DNA of 20,000 nt, taken from NCBI RefSeq assembly GCF_004010195.1, contig NC_057719.1:89689319-89709318 (forward strand), in the 5' to 3' direction. Source of the DNA: Chiloscyllium plagiosum. Taxonomy: Eukaryota. Shown here piece by piece: positions 19,422 to 20,000 of the stretch. The notes below the pieces were generated by a model, which saw nothing but the letters and a program-made list of their open reading frames with translations, was not told the origin of the DNA and did not search any database. The translations under genes and the position numbers were made by a program. The stretch's first letter is position 1. Each line of letters begins with the position of its first letter.

Positions 19422-20000
19422 TTTTTTTATAGATATTTTTATTAGAAATTTAACATTTTTACAAGTTTACAAAAATAAACAAAACTCTCAAATATAAACA
19501 TTGATATACAATTAAATCAAATATACAATAACCAAAATTTAACAAAAGAAGAAAGAAAAAAAAAACAAAACTCAACTATCTACTAATCTAACCTATAACT
19601 AAGCTGAGTGTATATTTAAGTCTCTTACATGCTTGGAATGTGTTAACATCAAATGTAATATAACCCGTATTCGTGCGGGATTCCTCTCCTAAGGGGCCCT
19701 GGACCAGCCAGGTTTGTAATCTCAATTAAATAAAAGCCCTTGTTAGGATAGCCGAAATATCTGTATTAATGTAATTCAAGAAGGGCTGCCATATTTTATA
19801 AAATAATTCGGTCTTTCGGTGCACCATATTTGTAAGGAAGTCAAGGGGAACACATTCCATAATTAATCTGTGCCAATTTGAAAGTCCAGAGGGGCCCTCA
19901 GCCGCCCAGTTCACCAAAATATTTTTCCTTGCAAGAAAGAGAGGATAGAAAATAGTCTCTTCCCGTACATGTCCAGGGAAGGAAAGTTCGAAAAGCCCAA
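19422..20000 (-). mobile_element. L1-clade LINE 3' end, same family as 6822-8101, continuing past the window end
   Basis: The reverse complement matches 7460-8090 closely (VNWAAEGPSGLSNWHRLIMECVPLDFLTNMVHRKTELFYK). AATAAA plus poly(A) at the left end, inserted into the Gypsy NADAL codons. Confidence 0.9.

Overview
A eukaryotic window made almost entirely of decayed, nested retroelements. No intact host protein-coding gene is evident. The tRNA-derived SINEs and CR1-clade LINEs resemble the HE1/HER1 families, so the source is probably a cartilaginous fish such as a carpet or bamboo shark (inference). Contents: (i) at least six CR1-clade LINE segments, including a nearly complete minus-strand ORF2 (1119-6443) split by three later insertions; (ii) one complete solo LTR with a 4-bp TSD and a probable second one cut by the window edge; (iii) two HE1-like SINEs; (iv) two 3' fragments of one L1-clade family; (v) Gypsy pol remnants; (vi) five Penelope-like (Neptune-type GIY-YIG) insertions or fragments. 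The Penelope-like elements carry inverted pseudo-LTRs and at least seven minimal type I hammerhead ribozyme motifs from three families. Most notable observations: two hammerheads in a 194-bp tandem duplication (retrozyme-like arrangement), an 83-bp fold-back whose apex lies in the ribozyme core, two unrelated Penelope-like insertions at the homologous 13-nt site of CR1 RT, an 87-bp apparent TSD around a 41-nt LINE tail, and an old duplicated CR1-Gypsy chimeric unit. Family names come from motif recognition by eye, not from database searches. I found no convincing wholly new system; the findings are unusual configurations of known element classes.
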